NCBI GenBank assembly: GCA_038874595.1
Contig: JAVZCB010000006.1
Location: 13,818 to 77,817, forward strand
Length of the DNA stretch: 64,000 nt
Reading direction: 5' to 3'
Source of the DNA: Candidatus Micrarchaeia archaeon
Lineage (GTDB): Archaea > Micrarchaeota > Micrarchaeia > CAILAH01
Shown: in pieces, positions 9,229 to 18,308 of the stretch
Layout of the letters: each line of letters starts with the position of its first letter
How positions within the stretch are numbered: the first letter of the stretch is position 1
Program-made: the position numbers and the translations under genes
Notes under the pieces: generated by a model
Seen by the model: only the letters and a program-made list of their open reading frames with translations
Databases searched by the model: none
What the model was told of the DNA's origin: nothing

Positions 9229-10761
9229 ATGCATGAGAAGCTATTCAACATGATGGCGCGCCGCGCCGTTATAATACCCACAGCAGAGATTTACAACCCG
9301 GTCGCGGGGTTCTACGACTACGGGCCAATAGGGCTGCTCATAAAAAGAAAGATAGTTGATATATGGCGTGAGATATTCATTAAAGAGTGCGGGTTCCTTG
9401 AGATTGACGGCTCAACGCTGCTTCCGGAGATTGCACTGAAAGCGTCCGGTCACGTTGACCATTTCAATGACCCGTTAACGGAGTGCAAGAAGTGCCACAG
9501 GAGATATCGTGCAGACCATCTTCTTGAGGATGCAAAGATTGACGCGTCGCATATGACAAATGAGCAGATGACTGTGGCAATTGCAGCTAATAATATAAAA
9601 TGCAGTGCGTGCGGTGGCGACCTTGATGAGGTTAAGCCGTTCAATTTGATGTTCAAGACATCTGTTGGTGCTGTTGACGGCAGTTCCGCCACGATATATT
9701 TGCGCCCTGAAACTGCCCAGAATATTTTTATGGACTTCAATAAGCTGTTCAACACATATGGTGCAAAGCTGCCTATGGGCATAGGCCAGGTTGGGCGGAC
9801 GTACAGGAATGAGATTGCACCGCGCCAGGGGTTAATTCGTGTAAGGGAATTTGAGCAGATGGAGCTTGAGTATTTCTTTGACCCGCAAGATGATGATTCC
9901 GCATATCTTGAGCAGGTCAAAGATATAGTAGTGCCGTTGCAAACACGTGAGCAGCAGCGGAAAAAGGAAAACTTTGATTTTGTATCTCTGGGAGATGCTT
10001 ATGAAAGCGGTGATATCCCGGTGCGTACTGTCGCATATTTTATGGCCAAGGAGCAGAAGCTCCTGAATGCGCTCGGCATAACAAATTTCAGGTTCAGGCA
10101 TCTTATGGAGGATGAGACGCCGCATTACTCAGGCGGCAATTTTGATGTTGAGATACCAACAAAGGTTGGTTGGATGGAAGTTATCAGCCTAGCTTACAGG
10201 ACAAATTATGACCTAGCAAGGCATAAGGAGTTTTCAGGCAAGAACCTTGAGGTCACGTTTAATGATAAGAAGGTGCTCCCCCACGTTATCGAGCCGTCCA
10301 TTGGCCTGGGTCGCCTATTCTGGTGTGCCCTTGAGCACGCGTATGTTGAGGATAAGGAGCGCGGCTGGGATTGGCTTAACCTGCCGCCCAGGATTGCACC
10401 GTATGATGCGTACATATTGCCTTTGATGAAAAAGGACGGTATGCCAGAGAAGGCAAAGGAGATTTATGCGCAGCTGCTTACGATGTTTGATGTATACTAT
10501 GATGCAAGCGGCAGTGTAGGTCGCAGGTATGCAAAGGCCGATGAGATAGGTGTACCGTATTGCATCACGGTGGATTACCAGACGTTTGAGGACGGGACTG
10601 TAACGGTGCGGTTCAGGAACGATGGCAAGCAAGCTCGTATCCCTCTTGATATCCTATCAACCGAGCTTATGCGGTTCAAATATAACGGTGTTGTTGAAGG
10701 CGCGAAGAGCGGGCTGCCTCTTATATCAGAACAGCCTAAGGAGCCGGCATCAAAAGAATAA
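9229..10761 (+). CDS. glyS: Glycyl-tRNA synthetase (alpha2 type)
   Basis: GFYDYGPIG, LRPETAQ, RNEIAPRQGLIRVREF, IEPSIGLGR, anticodon domain. Confidence 0.96.
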   Translation: MHEKLFNMMARRAVIIPTAEIYNPVAGFYDYGPIGLLIKRKIVDIWREIFIKECGFLEIDGSTLLPEIALKASGHVDHFNDPLTECKKCHRRYRADHLLEDAKIDASHMTNEQMTVAIAANNIKCSACGGDLDEVKPFNLMFKTSVGAVDGSSATIYLRPETAQNIFMDFNKLFNTYGAKLPMGIGQVGRTYRNEIAPRQGLIRVREFEQMELEYFFDPQDDDSAYLEQVKDIVVPLQTREQQRKKENFDFVSLGDAYESGDIPVRTVAYFMAKEQKLLNALGITNFRFRHLMEDETPHYSGGNFDVEIPTKVGWMEVISLAYRTNYDLARHKEFSGKNLEVTFNDKKVLPHVIEPSIGLGRLFWCALEHAYVEDKERGWDWLNLPPRIAPYDAYILPLMKKDGMPEKAKEIYAQLLTMFDVYYDASGSVGRRYAKADEIGVPYCITVDYQTFEDGTVTVRFRNDGKQARIPLDILSTELMRFKYNGVVEGAKSGLPLISEQPKEPASKE

Positions 10762-10862
10762 GCAGTGGAACTTATGGTTTTTAGGGGTTTTGGCCCTGGC
10801 AGGATATATAATAGAAATGTTTATCAGTGTTATCCCTTTCCAATAATACGCAAGGTGCTTGT

Positions 10863-11669
10863 ATGGCCAGCAATGGGAAGATGCATTATAACGGCACAAA
10901 ATCAAAAAATGGTAATGACGAGGGGTTTAAGCAGTTAAGCCCGCTCACTGAAAAGGAGAAGGCCTATCTCAGGGATAAGTTTTGGGTTGGCATCCGCTGT
11001 GGCTCAAAACTGTTTGTAGCATCTGCGGTTGAGAATGGTATTAGTGTAAACAGTACTGATGAGCACGGTTCTCCTGCAATAATAACAGCGATAATGCACA
11101 ATCATAATCATATAGTAGATTACCTTATTGACAATAATGCGGATGTTAATTGTGTATATAGAGGCGAAACGCCGCTCATAGTTGCTGTTAGGGTTATGAA
11201 TGCTGAAATCATAGATATGCTATTAAAGCGTAATGTGGATGTGAACTTCAGGGATGCGCACGGGTTTATTGCGCTCTCATATGCAATCACGTTTGGCAGC
11301 GAGAGTATTATCAGGCGCCTTGTTGATAATGGCTCTGACATAAACAGCAGCTCAAATATAGGGATGACACCACTTGCGCTGGCATTATCGGCACGAAAGG
11401 TAAGCATTGCAAAGTATCTCATCAGTAAAGGTGCAGATGTGCTTAAAGCAGATAATCAGGGCATAACACCACTAATGCGCGCAGCAGTAATTCCTGAGTA
11501 CCTTGAACCTGCTGAGCTAATAACTGAAATCATATCGCGTGGTGCAGATGTTAATGCAGTGGACAATGCGGGGAGGACAGCATACTATTATGCACGGCAG
11601 TATGAGTGTTTTTCAAATGCAAAATTGCTCAGGAAACACGGTGCAAAGATAGGATTTCTTTGGTGGTAA
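10863..11669 (+). CDS. Ankyrin-repeat protein
   Basis: Repeated G-TPL--A / L---GADVN units (about 6). Confidence 0.92.
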   Translation: MASNGKMHYNGTKSKNGNDEGFKQLSPLTEKEKAYLRDKFWVGIRCGSKLFVASAVENGISVNSTDEHGSPAIITAIMHNHNHIVDYLIDNNADVNCVYRGETPLIVAVRVMNAEIIDMLLKRNVDVNFRDAHGFIALSYAITFGSESIIRRLVDNGSDINSSSNIGMTPLALALSARKVSIAKYLISKGADVLKADNQGITPLMRAAVIPEYLEPAELITEIISRGADVNAVDNAGRTAYYYARQYECFSNAKLLRKHGAKIGFLWW

Positions 11670-11684
11670 TAAAGGAATTTATTT

Positions 11685-12299
11685 TCAAGAAAGCTTTACA
11701 AACTGTACTGGCATCAACCGCATTAATTCAATATTTCCATTCTTTTTTATGCCCTTAAACAGCCACTGGAACATATCACCCATAGGCAATATAATTATGC
11801 CTCCATCACGAAGCTGCTTTTCCCATGCCGGATAAACTTTATCACACGCAGCACTTACAATTATCCTATCGTAAGGCGCATGCTTATCATAGCCGTTCTT
11901 CCCATCTGCGTTTATTAATTCAATATTCTTTATGTTAAGCTTATCAAGCAGATCTTTTGCGCAATCAGAAAATTTCTTTATTTTATCTATGCTTACAACG
12001 CGCCCTTCTTTACCCACCAGCTCGGAAATGAGCGCGGTCTGCCACGCACATCCCGTCCCTATCTCTAATACAGTATGCCCTTTTTTCAAGCCGAGAAGTG
12101 AGAGCATTGTAGCAACCATGCTCGGTGCAGAGCACGTCTGCCCTTCACCGATTGGGACCGGAAGGTCATAGTATGCATTCTGTATCTCTTCCAGCGGTAA
12201 AAACAATTCGCGCGGGTATTTGAGCATTGCAGCCGCAACCTCCGGTGCCGCAATACCCATCTGAAGAAGCTCTTTTACGAGCTCTTCATTGGTTCGCAT
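11685..12299 (-). CDS. pcm: Protein-L-isoaspartate O-methyltransferase
   Basis: PIGEGQTCSAP, VLEIGTG, APYDRIIVSAA. Confidence 0.93.
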   Translation of the reverse strand: MRTNEELVKELLQMGIAAPEVAAAMLKYPRELFLPLEEIQNAYYDLPVPIGEGQTCSAPSMVATMLSLLGLKKGHTVLEIGTGCAWQTALISELVGKEGRVVSIDKIKKFSDCAKDLLDKLNIKNIELINADGKNGYDKHAPYDRIIVSAACDKVYPAWEKQLRDGGIIILPMGDMFQWLFKGIKKNGNIELMRLMPVQFVKLS

Positions 12300-12305
12300 A
12301 TGATA

Positions 12306-12620
12306 TCAGCCGAAAATGGAGCCGAACCCGCTCTGTGCAGCCTCTTCCTCCTCGTTAACCCTCTTAACTATCTCAGACGTCTTCTCCTGCGGTAGCACCT
12401 CAAGCCCTACTACCTCTTTGAGCTTCAGGTCAGCCTCCTTTTTGAACTCTTCACTAACGTTTCTTATTATCAGCAGTGTTTTCCCGGGCAGGCCGTAATC
12501 TGTCCCGTCCTTCTGCACAAACCCGCGCGTCGCAAATGCGAGCGGACCGAACTTATCCCCTTCAACTATTGACATTGCCTTTGCCTTTTCAGTGTTTGGG
12601 AATGAGTAAACGATATCCAT
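12306..12620 (-). CDS. Hypothetical protein with ribosomal-stalk-like C-terminus
   Basis: 104 aa, ends EEEEAAQSGFGSIFG; tightly packed between its neighbours. Confidence 0.75.
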   Translation of the reverse strand: MDIVYSFPNTEKAKAMSIVEGDKFGPLAFATRGFVQKDGTDYGLPGKTLLIIRNVSEEFKKEADLKLKEVVGLEVLPQEKTSEIVKRVNEEEEAAQSGFGSIFG

Positions 12621-12621
12621 C

Positions 12622-13392
12622 TCATACCACCTTTGCCATAATTCTGCTCAGTTCATTATATAAACTTGGTGAGCATACCACAATATTTTCATCTTCAGGC
12701 TCTTTGCTGTGCAAACCGCCAGATATACACCCGCTTTCCTGTGCTATGAGCAGGCCAGCTTTGAAATCCCACGGTTTCAGCCCTATTCCAATGAACGCAT
12801 CTGCACGACCGGATGCAGTATAGCAAAGCTCAAGCGCTGCACTACCGAGCTTTCGCATATCAAACGCCTCGCGCTTGAACACGTCCATAAACTTTAAGAA
12901 CATCCTGATATCCTCTTCCTTTGGGCTGTGGCACGAAGTAATGAATGCTTTCTTCATATCACTATTTTGTGAAGGAGATATCTTGTTTCCATTCAGAAAT
13001 GCACCCTTTCCTTTTTCTGCGTAGAACATCTCATCAATCACGGGGTTGTATACTGCACCGCATATGATATTGCCTTCCTGCTCAAGCGCAATTGATACGT
13101 TGAAGTACGGAATATGATGGAAAAAATTAGTTGTCCCATCTAACGGGTCAATGTACCACGTAAATTCGCTATTATCGCCACCAATCGTACCGCTCTCCTC
13201 TGCAACAATCCTGTGCCCTTTGAATGTTTCTGATAAGTATTCTATGATAATCTGCTCTGCACCCTTATCCGCCTGTGTAACAATATCCCTCTCACCCTTA
13301 TACTGTGCACTTACATTACGGGATACAAACATCTCACGCAAAAATTCGCCTGCAATCTTTGCGGTATAAACAGCCTCATTCAGGTAATTCAT
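12622..13392 (-). CDS. suhB: Inositol monophosphatase family (SuhB/FBPase)
   Basis: WYIDPLDGTTNF, RKLGSAALELC, PWDFKAG. Confidence 0.92.
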   Translation of the reverse strand: MNYLNEAVYTAKIAGEFLREMFVSRNVSAQYKGERDIVTQADKGAEQIIIEYLSETFKGHRIVAEESGTIGGDNSEFTWYIDPLDGTTNFFHHIPYFNVSIALEQEGNIICGAVYNPVIDEMFYAEKGKGAFLNGNKISPSQNSDMKKAFITSCHSPKEEDIRMFLKFMDVFKREAFDMRKLGSAALELCYTASGRADAFIGIGLKPWDFKAGLLIAQESGCISGGLHSKEPEDENIVVCSPSLYNELSRIMAKVV

Positions 13393-13393
13393 C

Positions 13394-14449
13394 TTATCTC
13401 CTATTTGCATATTCTTGTATGCTGATGCCTTTCGCAAGCATATACTCTGCAGTTTTGCCAGTGATTACGATGCTTGCGCGCCCCAGCTCTTCAATATTCC
13501 GTGAGTTTGTGAGCATCATTGCGCGCTTAAGGTATACCTCCCACTGCTTTAACTCTGCATCAAGCCTCTTTTTGTAGTATGCGCGAATGAAAGGGCTGGC
13601 AGCACCAGCAATATCCGCACCAAGCGCAATCGCCTTTGCAGCGTCTAGGCCGTTCCTGATACCGCCGCTTGCAATTGTGAACACTCCTAATTCTGAGACC
13701 TCAGCAATACATACTGGTGTGGGGTTACCCCATTCGGCAAACGGCCCGGCATCACCACCGCGCACCTCCTCCACTTTACTCCACGAAGTACCACCCCTAC
13801 CCGCAACATCAAACCCCGCAACCTTGCTGAATACGCTGTTGAACACCTCAGCGGTCTCCCAACCTATCCCCGCACCGGTTTCCTTAAGTATAACAGGGAA
13901 CTCAATCTCGTGCACGAGCGCATCTATCCTCTCCTTCACGCCAGCAAACTTCCTGTCCCCCTCAGGCTGTACAAGCTCCTGCAGCGTATTAAGATGCACT
14001 GCAAGGTAATCCGCCTCAACGCTCTTGAGCATATCATTGATTTGCGTGCTATTATAATTGAGCAATTGTGCCGCTCCAATGTTCCCAACTATAGGTATGC
14101 TGGGCGCAACGTCCCTTACATAATAAGTCTCTTTAAGGGCCGGGTTCTCAATCATTGCACGCTGTGAGCCTAGGCCGAACGCGATACCGTGCTCTTCACA
14201 TGCAGTTGCAAGTGCCCTGTTTATTGCTTTTGCCTCCGGGTACCCGCCTGTCATCCCCGTTATCATAAACGGCAGTTTAAGCTTGTGCTTGATGAATGAA
14301 GCGTGCGTATCCACGTCATCATAATCAAAAGCTGTAAGTGCCTTGTGCACAAATTCTATGTCATCCAGCCAGTTATATGCATAGGCAACATCTTTTTTTA
14401 CGCAGATGCTGACGTGCTCGCCTTTACGCTTTTTTGTTTGCGTATTCAT
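13394..14449 (-). CDS. fni: Isopentenyl-diphosphate isomerase type 2
   Basis: RKGEH, GMTGG, GSQR, HLNTLQELVQPEGD, KETGAG, GGTSW, SGGIRNG. Confidence 0.95.
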   Translation of the reverse strand: MNTQTKKRKGEHVSICVKKDVAYAYNWLDDIEFVHKALTAFDYDDVDTHASFIKHKLKLPFMITGMTGGYPEAKAINRALATACEEHGIAFGLGSQRAMIENPALKETYYVRDVAPSIPIVGNIGAAQLLNYNSTQINDMLKSVEADYLAVHLNTLQELVQPEGDRKFAGVKERIDALVHEIEFPVILKETGAGIGWETAEVFNSVFSKVAGFDVAGRGGTSWSKVEEVRGGDAGPFAEWGNPTPVCIAEVSELGVFTIASGGIRNGLDAAKAIALGADIAGAASPFIRAYYKKRLDAELKQWEVYLKRAMMLTNSRNIEELGRASIVITGKTAEYMLAKGISIQEYANRR

Positions 14450-14497
14450 AAGGCAATTATCGCAGTTTACATTTATAAAAGAAGCGATTACAGTTTG

Positions 14498-14877
14498 CTG
14501 CTTTTAAAATAAATATCTACGCCCGAGACGCAAAAGCAGAAGAAGTTGTTCAAAGGAAGAAAACTGCTTTTAAAATAAATATCTACGTCCTAGACAGGAT
14601 CGAGCAAATGCGTAGAATTTGCGAGAGTTGTGGAGGGCAACGCCCGAGACAGGATCGAGCAAATGCGTAGAATTTGCGAGAGTTGTGGAGGGCAACGCCC
14701 GAGACAGGATCGAGCACTGATGGGGGCTTAGCCCCCCTCGTGTGGTCTACACCCCCCAATTTACGATTTTTCTAAATAACTGATGGTTTTAAGTAATTAA
14801 GAGATAACGTCCTAGACAGGATCGAGCAAATGCGTAGAATTTGCGAGAGTTGTGGAGGGCAACGCCCGAGACAGGAT
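14498..14877. repeat. Array of direct repeats carrying tRNA-Asn 3'-end copies
   Basis: 55-bp unit ACGYCCKAGACAGGATCGAGCAAATGCGTAGAATTTGCGAGAGTTGTGGAGGGCA at 14585, 14640 and 14807; further 3'-end copies at 14519 and 14695; 24-bp duplication at 14498 and 14564. Confidence 0.9.
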
Positions 14878-14981
14878 TTGAACCTGTGACCTTCCGATTT
14901 CAGCCGTTTCCGGTGCAGTTTTTCGTGTATCCAGATATATTGGCTAACAGTCGGACGCTCCACCAGCTGAGCTACTCGGGC
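14863..14981 (-). tRNA. tRNA-Asn(GTT) with 46-nt intron at 37/38 (14899-14944)
   Basis: GCCCGAG acceptor, TAGCTCAGCTGGTGGAGC D arm, TCCGA-CTGTTA/A-TCGGA anticodon arm, ACAGG-TTCAAAT-CCTGT T arm; 73 nt after splicing. Confidence 0.93.
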
Positions 14982-15110
14982 ATAATGTGTTTTTATTGAA
15001 AAAGCTAATTATTTTAAACCTCGCCTCGCACAACGCACAGGCCGAAAGTGCAGTTTAATGTGCAAAAGCCATTTTTAAGCTTTTATACAGAATAAAATCC
15101 AGTGATATAT

Positions 15111-15491
15111 ATGGCAGATGAAAAGAAAAACGTGCAGAAAGATACTGATGACTCGCGGCTATTGGGTGCAATCTCTTATATATTAGGGATTCTTGCACTT
15201 CTGTTCTTCCTGATAAAGAAGGAGGACAAATTTGTTAAATTCCACGCTATGCAAGCGGCACTGCTGAATGTTTTGTGGTTCTTGGTGTTTATAGTGTTGA
15301 TGGTAATAAGCTTCGCCCTAGCAGTTGTTACAATCCCGCTCGGTGGTGTAGGTGCAATGGCCTGGATATGTATCCTTCCGCTTGGCCTTGTAATGCTTGT
15401 TGCAATACTTTTCGGTGCGTGGAAGGCGTTCCAGGGTGAGATGTACAAGATGCCTCTCATCGGCGACCTCTCTGATAAGTATTCAAATTAA
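15111..15491 (+). CDS. DUF4870-type three-TM membrane protein
   Basis: FVKFHAMQA and GAWKAFQGEMYKMPLIG motifs. Confidence 0.85.
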   Translation: MADEKKNVQKDTDDSRLLGAISYILGILALLFFLIKKEDKFVKFHAMQAALLNVLWFLVFIVLMVISFALAVVTIPLGGVGAMAWICILPLGLVMLVAILFGAWKAFQGEMYKMPLIGDLSDKYSN

Positions 15492-15571
15492 GTTGCCAGT
15501 TTCTCATTTTAATCTTTCCTCTTTTTCTACCTGCAAATTAAGTATTTAAATATTCCATCTGATTGTATAGC

Positions 15572-16027
15572 ATGCGAAGAGGGCAAGGTTCAATTGAGTA
15601 CCTTCTTATACTAGGCGTAGTTATCGTTCTCGTTCTCATCATAATCGGTGTCATAGTTGGGTTCCAAAGCAGCGTGACATCAGTTTCAAAACAGCAGAGT
15701 GATACATACTGGGCAGGTGCAGATATAGGTATTCTCCCAGACCATCTTGTAAATTCAAGCGCTGCTTATATTACTGTAAAAAATAACAGGCCTTTCCGCG
15801 TCAAGATAATGGAAATAAAGTTCATTGATGATACTGGGAGCAAAGGTAACCTCCCAGCAACGTTTACACTATCACCTGGTGCATCGGCAAATGTTGAGCT
15901 GCAGGGTGTATCCTGTATAGCCGGTACAGATTACTCATATACAGTACAAATAAAATATTCCGAGCCATCCTCTGGCAGGATATTCACATTTACAGGTGAA
16001 ACCCCACTCATAGGAAAGTGCCAGTAA
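15572..16027 (+). CDS. Archaeal type IV pilin-like protein (class III signal)
   Basis: MRRG/QGSIEYLLILGVV followed by a hydrophobic stretch. Confidence 0.85.
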   Translation: MRRGQGSIEYLLILGVVIVLVLIIIGVIVGFQSSVTSVSKQQSDTYWAGADIGILPDHLVNSSAAYITVKNNRPFRVKIMEIKFIDDTGSKGNLPATFTLSPGASANVELQGVSCIAGTDYSYTVQIKYSEPSSGRIFTFTGETPLIGKCQ

Positions 16028-16072
16028 CCTAACAGCCAGGGCACAATTTGTTTATTTGATACTTCCTTTTAG

Positions 16073-16747
16073 TCATATCCTATACCGTATATTATTTCTC
16101 TCTATATAACCCTCGCTTGCTATGTTGCAGTTATTATATATTTTCTGTGAGAATTTGCAATTCCCTCTAATTTCAAGCTCTCCATTTTCCAGCGTGATGG
16201 TGATAAGGTTACCTTCATCATCGGCCAGTTGTATCTGGTTATTTAGCGTTTCATTGATATACCCTTCCTCATCAAGCAGGGTTACACCGTTTGCATTTTG
16301 TATGATAAGCTGCATTTGGATACCGTTTTCAGCCCAGGCCCAATTTTTTGATATTATAACTGCATTTTTCTCTGTCCTGAGTGACATTTTTGTCTTATGC
16401 ATTATTTCAGTATTCCACGAGCTGCCATCAAACCCAGAGAACCACATATGAGTATCACCGCACCTAAACCGCGGCGTAAGCTCAACCTTAACTCCGGCAT
16501 TCCTAATCGCATTATAATTACTTATAACCCGCTTAAATTCATCAATTCTTATTTGTTTTCCGATTTTACCATTTATAGTATTGCCATAAATTTCAATACC
16601 ATAAAGTGCACGTGCACTTTCCCTAAGTTCCTGTGCTATACGATCCTCAGCAGGTAGAGGTGGTAGAGAATTCTGTACAAAAATGACATACATAAACGAA
16701 GTTGCAATAATGAGCACAATCAAGGTATACAGGAACCCTTTCATCAT
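16073..16747 (-). CDS. Pilin-like protein (class III-like signal)
   Basis: MMKG/FLYTLIVLII. Confidence 0.65.
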   Translation of the reverse strand: MMKGFLYTLIVLIIATSFMYVIFVQNSLPPLPAEDRIAQELRESARALYGIEIYGNTINGKIGKQIRIDEFKRVISNYNAIRNAGVKVELTPRFRCGDTHMWFSGFDGSSWNTEIMHKTKMSLRTEKNAVIISKNWAWAENGIQMQLIIQNANGVTLLDEEGYINETLNNQIQLADDEGNLITITLENGELEIRGNCKFSQKIYNNCNIASEGYIERNNIRYRI

Positions 16748-16748
16748 A

Positions 16749-17123
16749 TCACCTCATACTCCTGCACACCTTTATCTCTGCAAGAAACGGCGTGCCATCT
16801 TCATCAACATATACATACGTGTATGTGGATTGATTATTGCAAATGCACGTTCTCTCATTGTATATAACATCCATTTTCTCATTGTAGAGTATGTACTCAC
16901 CGCACATCCCTGCCAGGTGTCTTATTAGTTCTGTTGGTTTTGTGTGTGTCTGCTTATGCAGTGCCGCCACACTTGCCTCAGTTGCAAGCGAGCGGTAATC
17001 ATCACTCCAGACAGAAACCGGTATTGAGAGTATCAGGAACGCAAATAATAGTGCCATTATTGAATCTATTGTGAATATGAACCCTTTCCTGCTTTTTTGT
17101 GTGTAGGTGCATTGATTAATCAT
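16749..17123 (-). CDS. Pilin-like protein (class III signal)
   Basis: SRKG/FIFTIDSIMALLF. Confidence 0.7.
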   Translation of the reverse strand: MINQCTYTQKSRKGFIFTIDSIMALLFAFLILSIPVSVWSDDYRSLATEASVAALHKQTHTKPTELIRHLAGMCGEYILYNEKMDVIYNERTCICNNQSTYTYVYVDEDGTPFLAEIKVCRSMR

Positions 17124-17127
17124 ATGT

Positions 17128-17583
17128 TCACCTTATGCCTGCAAACACATCCACACTGCACACTTTACCGCTGATTAACACCAATATGCTTTTCTTAAGT
17201 ACAGTTTCACCCTTTTTCCCTCCGGTTACATGCGTTCCATCCTCACACATCACATCAAGCACAACATCATAGGCTACACTTTCCCTACTGAGTGCCATCT
17301 CCTCCCTAAATCTTTCGTACGAATCCTCATTATTAAGTGATCTAACAAATCCAATAAACCCATAATTTACAACAAACGGTTTTGCGGTGTTGAATTCGTA
17401 TTCACCAGCGACAAATAGCTTATCAATCACCCTATCCATCACAGCCTGCATATGTGTTGACCGTACAGCCTTTTCAAACTGCGCATTATTGAAATTGATG
17501 AACGCCATCAATGAGAGAATTGTTATTATGGAGATGGCAAGCGAAACGCTCACATCCTGTATGAAAATCTGCCCCCTCCCCAT
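17128..17583 (-). CDS. Pilin-like protein (class III signal)
   Basis: MGRG/QIFIQDVSVSLAI. Confidence 0.7.
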   Translation of the reverse strand: MGRGQIFIQDVSVSLAISIITILSLMAFINFNNAQFEKAVRSTHMQAVMDRVIDKLFVAGEYEFNTAKPFVVNYGFIGFVRSLNNEDSYERFREEMALSRESVAYDVVLDVMCEDGTHVTGGKKGETVLKKSILVLISGKVCSVDVFAGIR

Positions 17584-17640
17584 AACCAACAATTCAGCAG
17601 TTATTCTTAAATATTAAATAACAAATGTAACCTAAAAAAA

Positions 17641-17994
17641 TTAGCCGTTCTTGAACACAGTTGCTTCAAGGTACTCCATCTTCTTTATGCCACCATCGAA
17701 CACTTTCATGTCTTTTATCTCATTGTTATCAACTGTGAGGTAGTATACCTTTGAATTATCACTCATAAGTACCTTGCCGTAAAGCTTATTCCCTCTCATC
17801 TTCAATTGCGAAGTATCTATCCTAACCTCGCGCGGGAGCTCGGCCATCTTTACATTTGCAAGCGTTGCTTTTATATTATCAAGCGATGCCTTTGCATCCT
17901 TGTATACCTTACTGCTTGGGTCGAGCTGTGGGAGAAGCTCTTCAAGATTGCTTTTTATTTCGCTGAGCCGTTTGAGTATTATAAGCCGCATCAT
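17641..17994 (-). CDS. Hypothetical protein
   Basis: 117-aa ORF; ATGA overlap with the upstream ORF. Confidence 0.6.
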   Translation of the reverse strand: MMRLIILKRLSEIKSNLEELLPQLDPSSKVYKDAKASLDNIKATLANVKMAELPREVRIDTSQLKMRGNKLYGKVLMSDNSKVYYLTVDNNEIKDMKVFDGGIKKMEYLEATVFKNG

Positions 17995-18251
17995 GCCAAT
18001 CCCCTTTCATTTATTTTTTTAGGCACTTTATCAAGCGTCTTCCCCTCTTCTTTATTATTTGTTGTAATCTTCAGCAAATTACAAAGAAGTTTCCCTTGCT
18101 CTGTTAAATTTTTTGCCTGGTTTCCTGCAATAGATTCTTGTAATCTGTTCAACGCGTAAGCATTTTCAATCTGTTTATTAATCTCTTCTTCCTTTCTTTT
18201 AGTTCCGAGCGCACCCACCATTCTCCCACCAAATACTATATTCCCAGCCAC
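17991..18251 (-). CDS. Hypothetical protein
   Basis: 86-aa ORF, GTG start, coupled to the next ORF. Confidence 0.5.
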   Translation of the reverse strand: MAGNIVFGGRMVGALGTKRKEEEINKQIENAYALNRLQESIAGNQAKNLTEQGKLLCNLLKITTNNKEEGKTLDKVPKKINERGLA

Positions 18252-18308
18252 ATATATAAATGTTGCCTTATAGCAATCCCTTGCTCGTATAAAAGGCCGC
18301 TGTTTAGT

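Noticed and set aside
14498-14877. Calling the tRNA-linked repeats a CRISPR array
   Set aside because: The intervening cassettes are mostly identical and uneven in length, and the repeat is the tRNA 3' end.
14772-14963. 63-aa ORF
   Set aside because: It overlaps tRNA-Asn and its repeats.
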